A stretch of DNA of 64,000 nt from Paraspadella gotoi. Its lineage: Eukaryota > Animalia > Chaetognatha. The notes beneath the pieces are model-generated. The model ran no database searches. It worked only from the letters and a program-made list of their open reading frames with translations, and was not told the origin of the DNA. Shown here in pieces: positions 62,565-64,000 of the stretch. Where the stretch lies: the NCBI GenBank assembly GCA_051294375.1, contig CM119268.1, positions 22,030,010 through 22,094,009 on the forward strand. The letters are read 5' to 3'. Made by a program: the position numbers and the translations under genes. Each line of letters opens with the position of its first letter. Within the stretch, counting starts at the first letter, position 1.

Positions 62565-62963
62565 GTCTAAGGGTCTAATGATTTAAGGGTTCAAGGGTTT
62601 GAGGGTTTTAAAGTATATACGTGTTTAGGATTTAAGGATTTGATGGTCTGATTGTTTAAAGGTTTAAGGGTGTAAGAGTTTAAGGGTTTTTAGGGTTTAA
62701 GTGTTTATGGTTTAAAGGTTTAAGGTTTTAAGGGTTTAGGGGTTTAAGAGTTTAAAGGATCAAAGATTTAAGGGTTTAAGGGTTTGATGGTATAGGGGTT
62801 TAAGGGTTTAAGGGTTTTAGAGTTTAAGTGTTTATCGTTTAAAGGTTTAAGGTTTTATGTGTTTATAGGGTCAAAGAATTAAGGGTTTAAAAGTTTAAGG
62901 GTTTAAGAGTTTAAGGTTTTAAGGGTTTAAGGGTTTAAGGGTTTAAGGGTTTAAGGGTTTAAG
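62565..62963 (+). repeat. Interstitial telomere-like array (TTTAAGGG)n
   Basis: Degenerate on the left, and perfect 8-mers at ~62918-62963. Confidence 0.85.
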
Positions 62964-64000
62964 GTCGGCGGAATCCAATAAAACGTTTTTTGTCTTCAAA
63001 TCTTCAACTTTCGACTTTTATGGAATCGATTTAATTTTGTTTTTATTTCTTTGTTTTCTCGATGTTTTTTTATGTTTTCTTCTCTTTCCTCTTTTTTGTT
63101 TTCCTTTCATTATTTTTCTTTCTTGTTTTTCTTTCATCTTTTCTTTCTTTGTTTATTTTCCCTTTTTTGTTATCAAGCGCGTTTCAGGCTTGATATTGAT
63201 CTCGGGTGAGCTTCTTTGTGACGTCCGTCGTCGTCGTCGTCGGCCGTCACGCTGTTTTTTACTATAAAAAGTACTACGCTTTTATAGGTTTGGCTGTGAC
63301 TTACCGTTTTTTTAAAAATAAAAATTATTATAAATTATGATAGAGTTTTACAAAAGTGTGCAATCATAGTAAGTTAAAATTTAGATATGGCTTCTCATTT
63401 TAAAATAGCTTTGATATTTTCTCATTACATTTGGATTTAAGTATTTTTTGTTTGAATTTCCACTTCATTATGATTTACTGCAATATGCAAATGAGATTAT
63501 AGTACTGATTATAATATCCAAATTAGTATATAGAAATGCTTTAAGCTAATTTACATATTGCAGTATATAATATTGAAGATGAAATTCAAAAAATTTTTTT
63601 TAATATTCTAATAAAAATGGGAACTCAAAGGATTTTTTTAATGAGAAGCTATATCTTAATTTTAATACAATAAAAATAAAATCTTTTACAAGCTGCGATT
63701 GAAAAATTGGAAAGTTTCCAATTGTAAACCATTGTAACATTTTTTGCCTTTCTTTTATTTATTTTTAATTATATATATTTTTTTTTAGGCGCTGCTTTTC
63801 TGAATCGTTTAAAAACGAGTTCAGTTTCTCTCTGTCTCTCTTTGTGTGCGATCTCTTGCGTGATCGTTCGTTTTTTGAAAAATTCTGATTATTTTTTTCT
63901 TTTCTAAAAAACATATATATTTGATCAGGCGCGGCCTTTTCTGAATCGTTTAAAAAAACGAGTTCAGGCTCTCTCTCTCTCTCTCTCCCTCCGTCTCCTC

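Noticed and set aside
62565-62963. Actual chromosome end
   Set aside because: It is followed by more than 1 kb of ordinary sequence without a gap.

Overview
This is eukaryotic (invertebrate metazoan-like), microsatellite-rich DNA, so most entries in the ORF track are artefacts of simple repeats. Real content, in order: (1) the last exon(s) of a plus-strand gene of unknown function (to 950). (2) A manually reconstructable 8-exon minus-strand gene encoding a ~417-aa single-pass membrane protein with a signal peptide, a His/Arg-rich N-terminus and a probable lone ZP-N-like domain. It is present twice in a ~12.5-kb tandem duplication (1888-14379 / 14505-26868) that is probably an uncollapsed allele or gap-filling redundancy. 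(3) A ~27-kb block (27976-55060) of rearranged, error-ridden copies of a ~6.5-kb unit carrying intron-containing orphan ORFs on both strands, plus a foreign GC-rich coding-like segment (41740-44198). Part of this block is assembly redundancy (five 25-N gaps, identical read errors reused). (4) Three non-autonomous DNA transposons with clear TIRs and TSDs: Tc1/mariner-like (TA), hAT-like foldback (8 bp) and a CGG..CCG element with a 6-bp TSD and telomere-like interior. Empty sites for the first two are visible in the window. (5) A tRNA-derived SINE, minisatellites, a (TTTAAGGG)n array and a small hairpin-rich GC island. A recurring oddity is that splice junctions, together with the adjacent exon end, are tandemly re-duplicated into introns at three independent sites. 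No CRISPR array, rRNA or intact tRNA was seen.
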